A stretch of 64,000 nt of DNA from positions 559,919 to 623,918 of the forward strand of contig CAVXQD010000007.1 in NCBI GenBank assembly GCA_963763885.1, read 5' to 3'. Every line of letters starts with the position of its first letter. The stretch's first letter is position 1. Shown in pieces: positions 27,102-36,328 of this stretch. Origin of the DNA: an uncultured Acidimicrobiales bacterium. GTDB lineage: Bacteria; Actinomycetota; Acidimicrobiia; Acidimicrobiales; JANYDT01. The translations under genes were made by a program, and so were the position numbers. The notes beneath the pieces were generated by a model, which searched no databases, had not been told where the DNA came from, and saw nothing but the letters and a program-made list of their open reading frames with translations.

Positions 27102-27862
27102 CTCCGCTCATGTGGTGGTTTGTCATCGCGACCAGCGGGATAGCCATATGCGCGCTGGCTGTTTTCTCCGCAGCAACACCAACGGTGCCACTTCCTTCTT
27201 CGCCCGAAGAAAGGGCTGCGATGTGGCAGCGCCTGCACGGAGCAGACGATGTGGACCCCATGGCCAACCCCATGGTTCGTCTGTTCCTGCGACTGACGCA
27301 CGCCATGGCAACCCCACTGGCGCGTGCAGGCGTGCTACCAGACGTTCTGACCCTGGTTGGGGTATGGGTTGCAGCTGTGGCATTTGCCGTCGCACATGAA
27401 GGATCCGGTTGGGTGGCACTCGCTGGTGGCATTGTCATCATCAGCGCGCTTACCGATGGGGTCGACGGCGCGGTGGCCGGGTTCACCGGACGAGAATCCC
27501 CACGAGGTCAGGTTCTGGACTCCGTTGCGGACCGCATCTCTGAAGCCTTGTTTTTCGCTGCCATTGTGCGGGGCGGCGGCAGCGCCGCCTCAGGCGTCGC
27601 TGCGATGGCTGCAGTGATGTTGCTGGAGTACACGAGGGCGCGGGTCATCGTGACGAATCGTGGGATTTCACACGGCCCCGCCCTTGGACCCATCACGGTC
27701 GGCGAGCGTCCAACCCGGGTGATTGGGGTCGCGGTGACGCTCGTTGGAATGGGCGTGGCGCCGAGGTCGGCTGACTTCATCGGGACATGGGGACCGGTGA
27801 TCATTGCTGGCGTCACCACAATCGGATGGTTGCAGTTGGTTCGGTATATCGCCCGTTGGTGA
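27098..27862 (+). CDS. CDP-alcohol phosphatidyltransferase family protein
   Basis: Signature DGVDGAVAGFTGRESPRGQVLDSVADRISE (D-G-x2-A-x8-G-x3-D-x3-D) plus multiple TM segments. The GTG start overlaps the qor stop. Confidence 0.8.
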   Translation: MTPLMWWFVIATSGIAICALAVFSAATPTVPLPSSPEERAAMWQRLHGADDVDPMANPMVRLFLRLTHAMATPLARAGVLPDVLTLVGVWVAAVAFAVAHEGSGWVALAGGIVIISALTDGVDGAVAGFTGRESPRGQVLDSVADRISEALFFAAIVRGGGSAASGVAAMAAVMLLEYTRARVIVTNRGISHGPALGPITVGERPTRVIGVAVTLVGMGVAPRSADFIGTWGPVIIAGVTTIGWLQLVRYIARW

Positions 27863-27868
27863 TTCGCC

Positions 27869-29383
27869 TTAGGCAGATCCCACCATCTGCGCAACGATCC
27901 GAGCAGACAGCTGAACCAAGGGGATGCCGCCACCGGGGTGCGAAGATCCACCCACGAGATACAAACCCTGCACCGATGCCTTGTTGGCTGGTCTGAGAAA
28001 CGCACCGACAGGCCCGTTGGAGGAAGTGCCGTAGATGGAGCCACCCGCAGCGCGGGTACGAGACTCCAGGTCGGCCGGGGTGCGAAGTTCACGGAACCGG
28101 ATGAAGGGCCGCACGTCCACGCCTCGCCGTGCCATCACGCCAAGCACCCGGTCTGCTTCAGCTTCGCCAAACCCTGGACGAGCCCAGTCGACCCCGTCAA
28201 CGCCGGTTGGATCGTGGCGGGGTGCGTTGACCAGCACAAACCACGCCTCGCAGCCTGGCGGAGCCACGGCCGGATCTTGCGGGATCGACAGGTAGACGGC
28301 TGGATCTTCGACCACGCGCGGCGGGCTGGCAAACAATGCGTCGAATTCCGCGTCGTACAGCGCTGGGAAAAGCACCGTGTGATGCGCAAGTGGCGGCAAC
28401 TCAGAAGCCCCGGGGAGTGAGCGATCCACGGCCAGGCAGAGCACAAATCCGGACAGCGAGGGTTCCGCTCGTTCAACCGACTGAAGGCCCACACTGCCTG
28501 AGGTGTCCGGCAGAAGATCTCCGTACAGGTGCGCCGCGTCGGCGTTGGCTACCACAACGTCAGCGCGCAGATGATCGCCGGAGAGGAGCTCCACTCCCTT
28601 GACGGTGCCGTCGGCTGTGCAAACGCGAACAACATCGGCCGAAACCCGCACGTCGACCCCGAGTGTCACACAACGGGCAAGCAAGGTGTCCGCCAGGCAA
28701 CGTAATCCTCCGTCCACATACCAAGCACCCTCAGAGCGTTCAGCCCACAGGATGGACGCAAGAACGGCTGGGGCCTGGCGGGGATCAGAGCCGCTGTAGG
28801 TGGCATAGCGATCCAGAAACTGGCGCAGTCTTAGGTCAGTAAGGTGCGCCTGCCCCAACGATCGCAAGGTTCTGCCTGGTGCAATGGTCCGCAGATCGCG
28901 CAGCCGTGTTGCTTGACGCAACAGCGAACGCGCCCCGGACAACGGGCTCTCCAGAAACGGTTCGCGACTGGCGTTCCACATCGCTTCGGCTCGCCGGAGA
29001 ACAGACCGCATTCCCTCCCCCGACCCAGCGGACAACAGATCGCACGCCGCAACGAGCGCGTCCTCATCGGCAGGATGATCCCACCATGTTCCGTCTGCGA
29101 AGCGGTATCGGGCAATCGGGTCGAGCCGCCGCAAGGTCACTGCGGCTTCCGCATCGGCCGCCGACATGCCCGTTGCCATCAACGTGTCCAGCCAGACGGA
29201 CGGAAGCGTGACTAACGACGGACCGGTGTCGAACGTGAAACCATCGCGTCGGAACACGCCGAGCTTGCCGCCGACAGTGTCTGCCTGTTCGCATACGGTC
29301 ACCCGATGTCCAGCAGCGGCCAGTCGGGCTGCCGCAGCTAAGCCGCCGAGACCCGCCCCAACCACAACGACCTCAGACCCCAT
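27869..29383 (-). CDS. phytoene desaturase family (CrtI/CrtD-type) FAD-dependent carotenoid desaturase
   Basis: VVVVGAGLGGLAAAARLAAAGHRVTVCEQADTVGGKLG at the N-terminus, and the C-terminal LYLVGGSSHPGGGIPLV motif. Confidence 0.8.
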   Translation of the reverse strand: MGSEVVVVGAGLGGLAAAARLAAAGHRVTVCEQADTVGGKLGVFRRDGFTFDTGPSLVTLPSVWLDTLMATGMSAADAEAAVTLRRLDPIARYRFADGTWWDHPADEDALVAACDLLSAGSGEGMRSVLRRAEAMWNASREPFLESPLSGARSLLRQATRLRDLRTIAPGRTLRSLGQAHLTDLRLRQFLDRYATYSGSDPRQAPAVLASILWAERSEGAWYVDGGLRCLADTLLARCVTLGVDVRVSADVVRVCTADGTVKGVELLSGDHLRADVVVANADAAHLYGDLLPDTSGSVGLQSVERAEPSLSGFVLCLAVDRSLPGASELPPLAHHTVLFPALYDAEFDALFASPPRVVEDPAVYLSIPQDPAVAPPGCEAWFVLVNAPRHDPTGVDGVDWARPGFGEAEADRVLGVMARRGVDVRPFIRFRELRTPADLESRTRAAGGSIYGTSSNGPVGAFLRPANKASVQGLYLVGGSSHPGGGIPLVQLSARIVAQMVGSA

Positions 29384-30555
29384 CAGTTTGCCCCCCGTTC
29401 ACCGCTGATCTTGCGGCCCTTCCAGCTCAACTTTCCCTGCCGCGCCAACCGGTTACTGCGGATGCCAAGACCGATCAATGTCAACACCGAAGCTGGGTGG
29501 GCCAACGCATCGGCCTTGCGACCTCGGGTAGCATGCGCGCTTATTACCCTTCCCAGTACCCCCGCCAGGTATCCAAGCGCACCAGTACAAAACAGGCGTG
29601 GGCGGCGTAAGGCAATCCCTGCCAGCATTCCCGTTGCCGGAACAACGTAAGCAAGGAGAAGCAACGATCCGATTCCCCGCGACGCAGCCTTGCTTGGCAG
29701 AGCGGCCCACAGGCTCTTGGAGTAGCCGTCGCGTAGTTCATTCCAGCCGTCGTACATCCGACATGAAGCGATCGCGGAACCCTCTGCCACCACGGCACGG
29801 AATCCGTTCCGTTTGAACGAGGCTGCAAGCGCCACGTCTTCGATGACATCGCTACACACGCTTTCGTGCCCACCAACTTGGCGCCACGCCTTCGCATCGA
29901 CGGCAAGCAGTTGGCCATTGGCGGCCGCCATCGAAACAGGGTTCGGCCGTTCCGCCAACCGCAACGGCAAGAACGTCAGGAACAGCCACTGGAGCAGCGG
30001 CTGCACCAAACGTTCCGCTGCGCTCCCCATGATCTGCTTTGGATACGGCGAGACCAGGTGCAGGTTGTGGCGTTCCATCAGCGCAACCGTTGCGCGCAAC
30101 GCAGCCGGCGCAAGCACCACATCGGCGTCGATGAACACCAGCACATCACCGGCTGCGAGCCGGCCGAGTTGGTTGCACGCGAAGGGTTTCCCAAGCCAGC
30201 CGGGAGGCAGGTCTTTCCCAGTGATGACGCGCAACCGCGGGTCACCAGCCGCTGCGGCACGCACCACGTCGGAGGTTGCGTCGGTCGAATGATCGTCCAG
30301 CACAATCAGTTCAAAGCCGCCCTCGACACCATCGCATGCCAGTACTGAGGTGATGGTCGGGCCGATCCGATGCGCTTCGTTACGCGCGGGGATGAGCACA
30401 CTGATGCGTTTGTTGGCCGGGACCGCTGGGGAGTTGGGGTCGGCCCGCCGCAGCAAAACAGCGTTCAGCAGCGCGTGCGCGCTGAAGACCGAAGCGAGCA
30501 CCGAACCGGCAGCGGTGACTACAACGGCGACTGCAACCGTGTCTTCAGCGGCCAC
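29383..30555 (-). CDS. family 2 glycosyltransferase (carotenoid glycosyltransferase CruC/CrtX-like by context)
   Basis: ISVLIPARNEAHRI...LIVLDDHSTDAT...VFIDADV (GT2 DxD), with C-terminal TM segments. Start uncertain (GTG 30555 chosen; the track ORF extends to 30621). The stop shares 1 nt with the crtI-family ATG. Confidence 0.7.
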   Translation of the reverse strand: MAAEDTVAVAVVVTAAGSVLASVFSAHALLNAVLLRRADPNSPAVPANKRISVLIPARNEAHRIGPTITSVLACDGVEGGFELIVLDDHSTDATSDVVRAAAAGDPRLRVITGKDLPPGWLGKPFACNQLGRLAAGDVLVFIDADVVLAPAALRATVALMERHNLHLVSPYPKQIMGSAAERLVQPLLQWLFLTFLPLRLAERPNPVSMAAANGQLLAVDAKAWRQVGGHESVCSDVIEDVALAASFKRNGFRAVVAEGSAIASCRMYDGWNELRDGYSKSLWAALPSKAASRGIGSLLLLAYVVPATGMLAGIALRRPRLFCTGALGYLAGVLGRVISAHATRGRKADALAHPASVLTLIGLGIRSNRLARQGKLSWKGRKISGERGAN

Positions 30556-31351
30556 GGCCAGCAGACGGCATCTTTTCTCGGTCTTGTCGGCCTCTGGTAG
30601 ATCCGAGGAACGCCAACACAACCGGACTCAACGCTGCCGACATGGCGAGACCGCCGACCAACGCGCTCCCGCGAAGACCGAAGAACAACAGATGGCCGAT
30701 GAACGAAGAGGCCCAGGTCCATGCGAGGACCAACAACGGGATGCCTTCGAAATCGATGACGTGGTTCACGCCTCGATCGAACAGGAACATCATCAGCGCG
30801 CCTACAACCAGCCAGCCCAACAGGTTGGTGAGTGGCACACCGTTGATAGTTGGCCATGCGCTCTTGGCCCAGGTCCAGCGCCCGTCCTTCACCATTTGTG
30901 GATCAAGGAAAAGGTCCCACGCGGCAAGGATCGGTGCGCCAAGGAGCGGTTTTCCGATCATCCGGCCAGCCACGAACGCCGGCCATCCGAGCATCGCCCA
31001 TGCAAGCGGAACGATCACCGGCACACCAGCCAGCTTCAGCCATGTGCCCGGCGCATAGTCGTACGAACCGAATGGGAAGCCCAACCGGTCGCCCATGAAC
31101 TCAGCGACGTACCCAAGCAACACACCGGCAAGCAGCAGGGTCAAGAAAGCAAGAAACGACTCGGAGGCCGCGTGAAACGCTGCACAAGCAAAGAACGCCA
31201 GTACCGCCAGGACTGTCATCCAGACGCGTGGCCGATCATCGGTGAAGACGTAGATGATTTGGGCCAGGATGCCGAACGCAGCCGCGAAGAACGACAGTGC
31301 TCGCAAGTGGACGGGGTCGCCCATTGGTTCCATGAGATGTGGCATGAGCAA
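30545..31351 (-). CDS. cruF: carotenoid biosynthesis membrane protein, DUF422/CruF family (carotenoid 1',2'-hydratase-like)
   Basis: Polytopic membrane protein: ...GYVAEFMGDRLGFPFGSYDY...VPLAWAMLGWPAF...LAAWDLFLDPQMVKDGRWTW... matches my recollection of the Caroten_synth/CruF family. Confidence 0.6.
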   Translation of the reverse strand: MLMPHLMEPMGDPVHLRALSFFAAAFGILAQIIYVFTDDRPRVWMTVLAVLAFFACAAFHAASESFLAFLTLLLAGVLLGYVAEFMGDRLGFPFGSYDYAPGTWLKLAGVPVIVPLAWAMLGWPAFVAGRMIGKPLLGAPILAAWDLFLDPQMVKDGRWTWAKSAWPTINGVPLTNLLGWLVVGALMMFLFDRGVNHVIDFEGIPLLVLAWTWASSFIGHLLFFGLRGSALVGGLAMSAALSPVVLAFLGSTRGRQDREKMPSAGRGR

Positions 31352-31375
31352 CTCTTTCAGCGCGTACGACGCGAA

Positions 31376-32152
31376 TCAGCCGGTTCTGGGGTGAGGGAGA
31401 AGCCGCTGAATCCCTTCCATGCTGGCACCCCTGACCGTACCTGTGGCGGACTGGACCGTGAAACGGACAAACAGCTCTTCGGAATACCACCCTTGGGAGG
31501 CAGTTTTCCGCACAACTTCACGGTGAGCGTCGCGCCGATATGCGAAATTCTCAACCGCCGAAACGTCCGCCCACACCGAAAACGTTGCCTGCAGGCCGAT
31601 CGGAGCCTCCCCGATACCGATGCGGAGCAGCGAACCCGGGACCTCATGGGCGTCGGCGGCAACCGGCGGGATTGCCCGCAGGAATGTCGGCAATTTGCGA
31701 GGCCGGATCTTCGCCCTGGTGAGGACAGCTATGGGTCGACAGTCCGGATTCACCTCGCCGCCATCGTGTTTCGAGGAGTCTGCGCCGAACGGACGGGATC
31801 CCGCCCACTCTCCTTTCCAGCGAATCGGCGACAAGACGAACCGGGCTTCTTCCAGCGAACGTTTCCGCCAGCTGCGGACTACGGGATGCTCCGTGTCGAA
31901 CTGCTGGGCAGTTGCTTCGTCGCCCCAGACGGTGAACAGTCCCCATACGCCGAGATCTGCGTCTTGCGGGAGAAACGTGGTGCCGCTGCTGGTTCCAAGC
32001 ATCTTGGCGAACCGAAGCCCTGGCGCCTTCCTCAGCACCCGACGATCAGTGGCCATATGAAACAACGCGAGAGGGATGCCTGACTTGGGGACGGTGAAAA
32101 GGTGCAGCGTCGCGGTCCGGCCGTGGTCGGCCTGCTCGGTCGGTTTGGTCAC
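31376..32152 (-). CDS. spheroidene monooxygenase (CrtA)-like protein
   Basis: TLHLFTVPKSGIPLALFHMATDRRVLRKAPGLRFAKMLGTSSGTTFLPQDADLGVWGLFTVW resembles the CrtA N-terminal pattern (LsLFrF...W.f.qM...r..L....G..F.KLfGtG.G.GF.P). The GTG start overlaps the SDR stop (GTGA). Confidence 0.5.
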   Translation of the reverse strand: MTKPTEQADHGRTATLHLFTVPKSGIPLALFHMATDRRVLRKAPGLRFAKMLGTSSGTTFLPQDADLGVWGLFTVWGDEATAQQFDTEHPVVRSWRKRSLEEARFVLSPIRWKGEWAGSRPFGADSSKHDGGEVNPDCRPIAVLTRAKIRPRKLPTFLRAIPPVAADAHEVPGSLLRIGIGEAPIGLQATFSVWADVSAVENFAYRRDAHREVVRKTASQGWYSEELFVRFTVQSATGTVRGASMEGIQRLLPHPRTG

Positions 32153-32934
32153 TGTGCTGACCAGCCTCCATCGACGATGAGCGACTGTCCGGTAACAAAG
32201 GAGGAGGCATCGGAGCAGAGGAACAACAACGCCCCGTCCAGCTCGCGACCCTCGCCGTTGCGACCCATCGGCGTGCGCTGACGCAGGTACTTTTGGCCAC
32301 CGTCAGAGTCGAAGAGGTCGTCGGTCAGTTCGGTCTGGAAGAACCCCGGACACAGCGCGTTGACCCGCACGCCGCGCCGGGCCCACAGCACAGCCAGCTC
32401 ACGAGTGAGGTTCACCACCGCGCCCTTGGAAGCCGCGTAACTGGCCTGTTGCATGCGCCCCGAGCTGATGTGGCCCAGCATCGACGCCACGTTCACGACC
32501 ACTCCACTGTTCTGCAACATCCACTTGGTTGCGCAGTGCTGGGTGAGCTGAAAGAGCCCGTCGAGGTTGACCGCCATCACCTGGCGCCACGATTCGATGG
32601 GCTCGGACTCCGGTGGATGTTGATTTGCCAGGCCGGCGTTGTTGATCAGCACATCGATGCGCCCAAAACGGTCGAGCACGGTTTGTGCCAGCGACTCACA
32701 GTCCTCTGGCAGAGCGATGTCCGTGCGGATAGGGAGCGAACCTGGCAACCTGGCCGCAAGCTCATCCAGCCGGTCCATTCGCCGCGCTGCCAGAACAACC
32801 TGCGCACCCGCAGCGTGCAGGACCTCGGCGAACCGCAGCCCAAGGCCCGACGACGCTCCCGTGAGAATGACCACCTTGCCGTCCAACCGGAACATCGAAG
32901 TCGGATCTGTTTGAGTCAGGTTTTCCAAGGCCAC
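32149..32934 (-). CDS. SDR family oxidoreductase
   Basis: VVILTGASSGLG, NNAG, S...YAASKGAV (YxxxK), and VDGGW near the C-terminus. First gene of the carotenoid operon. Confidence 0.85.
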   Translation of the reverse strand: MALENLTQTDPTSMFRLDGKVVILTGASSGLGLRFAEVLHAAGAQVVLAARRMDRLDELAARLPGSLPIRTDIALPEDCESLAQTVLDRFGRIDVLINNAGLANQHPPESEPIESWRQVMAVNLDGLFQLTQHCATKWMLQNSGVVVNVASMLGHISSGRMQQASYAASKGAVVNLTRELAVLWARRGVRVNALCPGFFQTELTDDLFDSDGGQKYLRQRTPMGRNGEGRELDGALLFLCSDASSFVTGQSLIVDGGWSAQ

Positions 32935-32994
32935 GCCACCGACGCTACCGGGCGATCAGGAGCTGCACCGAACTGGAAGCTACCGTGAACGGTG

Positions 32995-33360
32995 ATGAAG
33001 CCGAACTTCGACACACCTGCCATTTTTCACAACCCAAATTGAAACTCTTCAACCAATGCCGTGAGCATTGCCGAAGAGCTTGGGGTCAGCGCCACCGTCA
33101 TCAACTACACCAAGACCCCGCCAGACGAAGCAACGCTTCGTTGGATCATCGATCATCTGGAGGACCCCATCACCAACTTGGTGCGCCGTGACGCGGTGTT
33201 CGCCAAGATGGGTCTCACCGATGCCGATGTCGCAACAGCTGATCAGATCGTCAGTGTACTTATGAAGATGCCTCGCTTGATGCAACGACCCGTTGTCGTC
33301 AAGGGATCCGTGGCGCTCATCGGCCGCCCCAAAGATCGCGTCCGAGAGTTGTTGGCATGA
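32995..33360 (+). CDS. ArsC/Spx/YffB-family thiol reductase with in-frame TGA (candidate selenocysteine) at the catalytic Cys position
   Basis: My translation from ATG 32995 reads MKPNFDTPAIFHNPN-TGA(33040..33042)-NSSTNAVSIAEELGVSATVINYTKTPPDEATLRWII...MQRPVVVKGSVALIGRPKDRVRELLA. The family signature HNPxCxxS has TGA in place of the Cys. The track only lists the truncated part 33061..33360. Confidence 0.6.
33045..33078 (+). other. SECIS-like stem-loop downstream of TGA 33040
   Basis: CTCTTC(33045-50) pairs with GAAGAG(33073-78), and CAATGC(33054-59) pairs with GCATTG(33065-70). The apical loop is CGUGA (33060-64), with an internal loop AAC/CC. The loop starts 20 nt after the U of UGA. Confidence 0.5.
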
Positions 33361-34259
33361 AGGTTCGCATCGGGTTTGGCCTGGGCACCGCTGGAATGCG
33401 TGGCGACTCGGTGCAATACGCAAGTTTTATCGACGACCTCGAACGCCTCAAGTTCGACTCTGTTTGGTTCTCCGAGCGGCTCACCGGCAACGCTCCGGAC
33501 CCCGTCGTTGCAATGGCGTTCGCCGCCGGCCGGACCCACAAACTGAAGTTCGGCATGAGCGTGATGGTCCTTCCGGGCCGTAACCCGGTTCTGGTGGCGA
33601 AGGAACTCGCATCGCTTGACGTTCTCTCGGGCGGCAGGCTGCTTCCGGCGTTCGGCCTTGGCGTTGCAGATCCAAAGGAACAGGCAGCCTTCGCGGTGAA
33701 GCGTGAAGATCGGGCGCCGATGTTCAACGAATCCCTTGCGCTCATCCGCCGCCTGTGGACCGAAGACAACGTCAGCCACGAGGGACGGTTCTTCTCCTTC
33801 GACAGCGTCACGGTTCGGCCCAAACCCAAGCAGTCCCCTCCAGAAGTGTGGCTGGGCGGTTTCGCACCGTCTGAACTTCGGCGGGTCGGCCGCCTTGCAG
33901 ATGGCTGGTTACCTAGTTTCATCACCCCGGCTGAATCCGGGGCGCTTGCAGACCAAGTCCGTTTCGCAGCTGAAGAGGCAGGCCGAGAGATCGACCCAGA
34001 GCATTTCGGTGTGCTCATCCCCTACGCGTCAAGCGGGGAGTTGATGGGTCCACTCATCGAACGGTTCAAGGCCCGCCGACCCGACATCACCGATGCCTCA
34101 GCATTGTTCCCGGTCGGCGTGGAAGCGATACGCGCGCAGATCAACGGCTTCATCGAGCACGGGTACTCAAAGTTTGTGCTCATTCCCGCCGTGGAACCGG
34201 CCAACTTCACCGAAGAACTTGAGATGTTGGCGCAGGAAGTTCTGACCCTCGAAAACTGA
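33357..34259 (+). CDS. LLM-class F420-dependent oxidoreductase
   Basis: MKVRIGFGLG..., FDSVWFSERL, VLPGRNPVLVAKELASLDVLSGGRLLPAFGLG. The ATG overlaps the upstream stop (ATGA). Confidence 0.75.
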   Translation: MKVRIGFGLGTAGMRGDSVQYASFIDDLERLKFDSVWFSERLTGNAPDPVVAMAFAAGRTHKLKFGMSVMVLPGRNPVLVAKELASLDVLSGGRLLPAFGLGVADPKEQAAFAVKREDRAPMFNESLALIRRLWTEDNVSHEGRFFSFDSVTVRPKPKQSPPEVWLGGFAPSELRRVGRLADGWLPSFITPAESGALADQVRFAAEEAGREIDPEHFGVLIPYASSGELMGPLIERFKARRPDITDASALFPVGVEAIRAQINGFIEHGYSKFVLIPAVEPANFTEELEMLAQEVLTLEN

Positions 34260-34305
34260 CGCTGGAAACCGAGCCGGCGACGGGCGGCCACTTGCCAGGA
34301 GCCGC

Positions 34306-36201
34306 CTACCAGGAGCCGCCGCCACCGCCGCCCGAGGACCCGCCACCGCCAAAGCTGCCGCCACCGAATCCACCAGAGCTGTTGGAAGACCGTGCGGCGG
34401 CCTGCCGTGCGGCCTCGGCTGCTGCACCGGCTGCGATGGATTGGTTCAGCGAACGGTCGAAACTGTCAAGCGCTCCTTGCAGGGAACTGCCGCCCCGCCC
34501 CCAGCCCATCGGGTAGAAGCCAGGTCCGTAACCGCCCATTGGCCCGAAATACGGAACGGTGGGTTGCACGCCCATCTTCTCGAACGTCTTCACCCATTTG
34601 TCCACGTTGCCGAACACCATGGCGTACGGCAGATATTCGGCAAACAGGTTCTGCTTCTCCGCAAGTTTCAGCCGATCCCCTTCGCCCGCATCGAACAGCA
34701 GCTCAAACCCGCGGAGACGAGCCTCGACGCGGCTGCCTGTTGCAGTGCGCACCGGCATCGTCTGAGCGGCCGCAAGCAGACCCAACCCAAACACCGCTAG
34801 CGCGATTCCAACAAGTCCGAACCGCGACGCACCTGCAAGAAAGAACGTCAGTGCACCGCCGGCGACCAGCGACACCAGGCCAGCGGCCCGCCAACGCGCC
34901 CGCACGTGCACCGGATTTGCAACCCACCAGCCCTTTTCCACTGCCTCGTTCAGCAGGAGGCCGCGCACGCTTGCCATCTGTGACGCGAGCTGGGTTCGGC
35001 CCGACAGGTTTTCCAGGGTGACCGTGTTGGATCCGTCAGAGAACAGCACGTTGAGCAAGTTCTGTTCATTGGCGGTGATCTGCTGGGACGTTTTCACCGG
35101 CTGCTTGCCCGTCAGTACCAGTTGGTAGTCCTTCCCGTTGTCGCCCAGCGGCTCGATCTGCAGCACGCCACGAGCCGCAAGGTCAACCACCGTTGCGCTG
35201 ATGCATTGCTGCGAAGATTCGCCAGAGCGAGCCGGTTCAACTAGTCCGGGACGAATACCTTCGGGTGGCTCAAACTCCACCGGCGAAGCAATACGTTCAC
35301 GTAGCTTTCGGGGCCGCTCCTGATCGCCCGGCGTTCCCAACGATCCGCCGCTGGCGAACACCCGGTCACGTCCCTTCCGGCCGGTGACAAACGCTCCAGC
35401 AACCGCACCGATGAGTGCAAGAGCACCGACTGCGCCGGGAGCGCCGGAAGTTGTGAAACCGTCAGCGATGGTGTGGGGAGTCTCCAATAGCGGTTCTCGA
35501 TACGCAATGCTGCTGTCGACCGGAACTTCCACCTCGATGCCGATGCCGCTGGTACGAACCGCAACACCGTTGGCCGTTGGGGTGACTTCACAGTTCGCAG
35601 ACGAGTCACCCCGGAGGCAAACCGGGATGCCCTTCGCTCGGACTGGAACCTTGATATCAATTGAGACTTCGTCCACCGGAACGGTCCAGCCTTCGCCGAC
35701 CGCCACGAATTGCAGCAGCCCATCGACAACAGCACGTTCGATGCGGTAGCTGATCTCATAGACATGGCGACCTGTGACGAAGATCTGAGGATTGCCAATC
35801 CGCAGGACGGAGACGTTTCCCTCGGTTGAGATGTTGGTGGAAGTAGGTGCCCCGGTGGGTGAGGTGACGCGAAGCCAGTCAACCTTGGTCACACGAGTCC
35901 ATGAGCGACCTGAATCCGGCACCTTCACCAGGTCGTTGTCCACGACGAATCGGTCGGGGACGTACCGAAAGATGCCCCGTTTGGAGTTGGCGCCGAAGTT
36001 CCAGACGATGCGCTCGCTGACAAGCAGGTCACCGTTGGGCTGCACTTCAGCAAGGACGGTGAGTTGCTCCAGCCGTTCTTCGAACGAGGTTTGCGCCAAG
36101 GGCTGGGCGGAGACTGTTCCAGAACCTGCCCCGAACGTGAGGAACAAGACCACACAGGCCAAGGCACCTCGAAGCAAAACGGACAGACTTAATGGGCGCA
36201 C
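34306..36201 (-). CDS. DUF2207 domain membrane protein with Gly-rich C-terminus
   Basis: Signal/TM, a large extracytoplasmic domain and 3 TM segments. YLPYAMVFGNVDKWVKTFEKMG is typical of DUF2207. The tail is GGFGGGSFGGGGSSGGGGGGSW. Confidence 0.65.
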   Translation of the reverse strand: MRPLSLSVLLRGALACVVLFLTFGAGSGTVSAQPLAQTSFEERLEQLTVLAEVQPNGDLLVSERIVWNFGANSKRGIFRYVPDRFVVDNDLVKVPDSGRSWTRVTKVDWLRVTSPTGAPTSTNISTEGNVSVLRIGNPQIFVTGRHVYEISYRIERAVVDGLLQFVAVGEGWTVPVDEVSIDIKVPVRAKGIPVCLRGDSSANCEVTPTANGVAVRTSGIGIEVEVPVDSSIAYREPLLETPHTIADGFTTSGAPGAVGALALIGAVAGAFVTGRKGRDRVFASGGSLGTPGDQERPRKLRERIASPVEFEPPEGIRPGLVEPARSGESSQQCISATVVDLAARGVLQIEPLGDNGKDYQLVLTGKQPVKTSQQITANEQNLLNVLFSDGSNTVTLENLSGRTQLASQMASVRGLLLNEAVEKGWWVANPVHVRARWRAAGLVSLVAGGALTFFLAGASRFGLVGIALAVFGLGLLAAAQTMPVRTATGSRVEARLRGFELLFDAGEGDRLKLAEKQNLFAEYLPYAMVFGNVDKWVKTFEKMGVQPTVPYFGPMGGYGPGFYPMGWGRGGSSLQGALDSFDRSLNQSIAAGAAAEAARQAAARSSNSSGGFGGGSFGGGGSSGGGGGGSW

Positions 36202-36233
36202 GGTCCTATTCGATCACGAGACGGCTTGTGTGT

Positions 36234-36306
36234 GACACACGGGCGCGGCCGAGCGGTGAACGGAGGGACGAAGTGAACCCGAGGTGGAGCAACCCATCAG
36301 ACACGG
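36234..36306 (+). repeat. family-A repeat, 1.1 copies, in a divergent intergenic region
   Basis: GACACACGGGCGCGGCCGAGCGGTGAACGGAGGGACGAAGTGAACCCGAGGTGGAGCAACCCATCA followed by GACACGG. It shares the GAGGTGGAGC variant with the helicase copy. Confidence 0.85.
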
Positions 36307-36328
36307 TCGCTACGCGAGACTGGGCACG

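Noticed and set aside
30350-32083. 577-aa plus-strand ORF across the carotenoid operon
   Set aside because: It is antisense to three motif-supported minus-strand genes and its composition is non-protein-like (Arg/Gln/Cys-rich).
33061-33360. GTG-initiated 99-aa ArsC-family ORF as given in the track
   Set aside because: It would lack the catalytic N-terminal HNPxC segment, which is present in-frame just upstream across a TGA. It is replaced by the 32995..33360 read-through model. A nonsense-mutation pseudogene remains the alternative.
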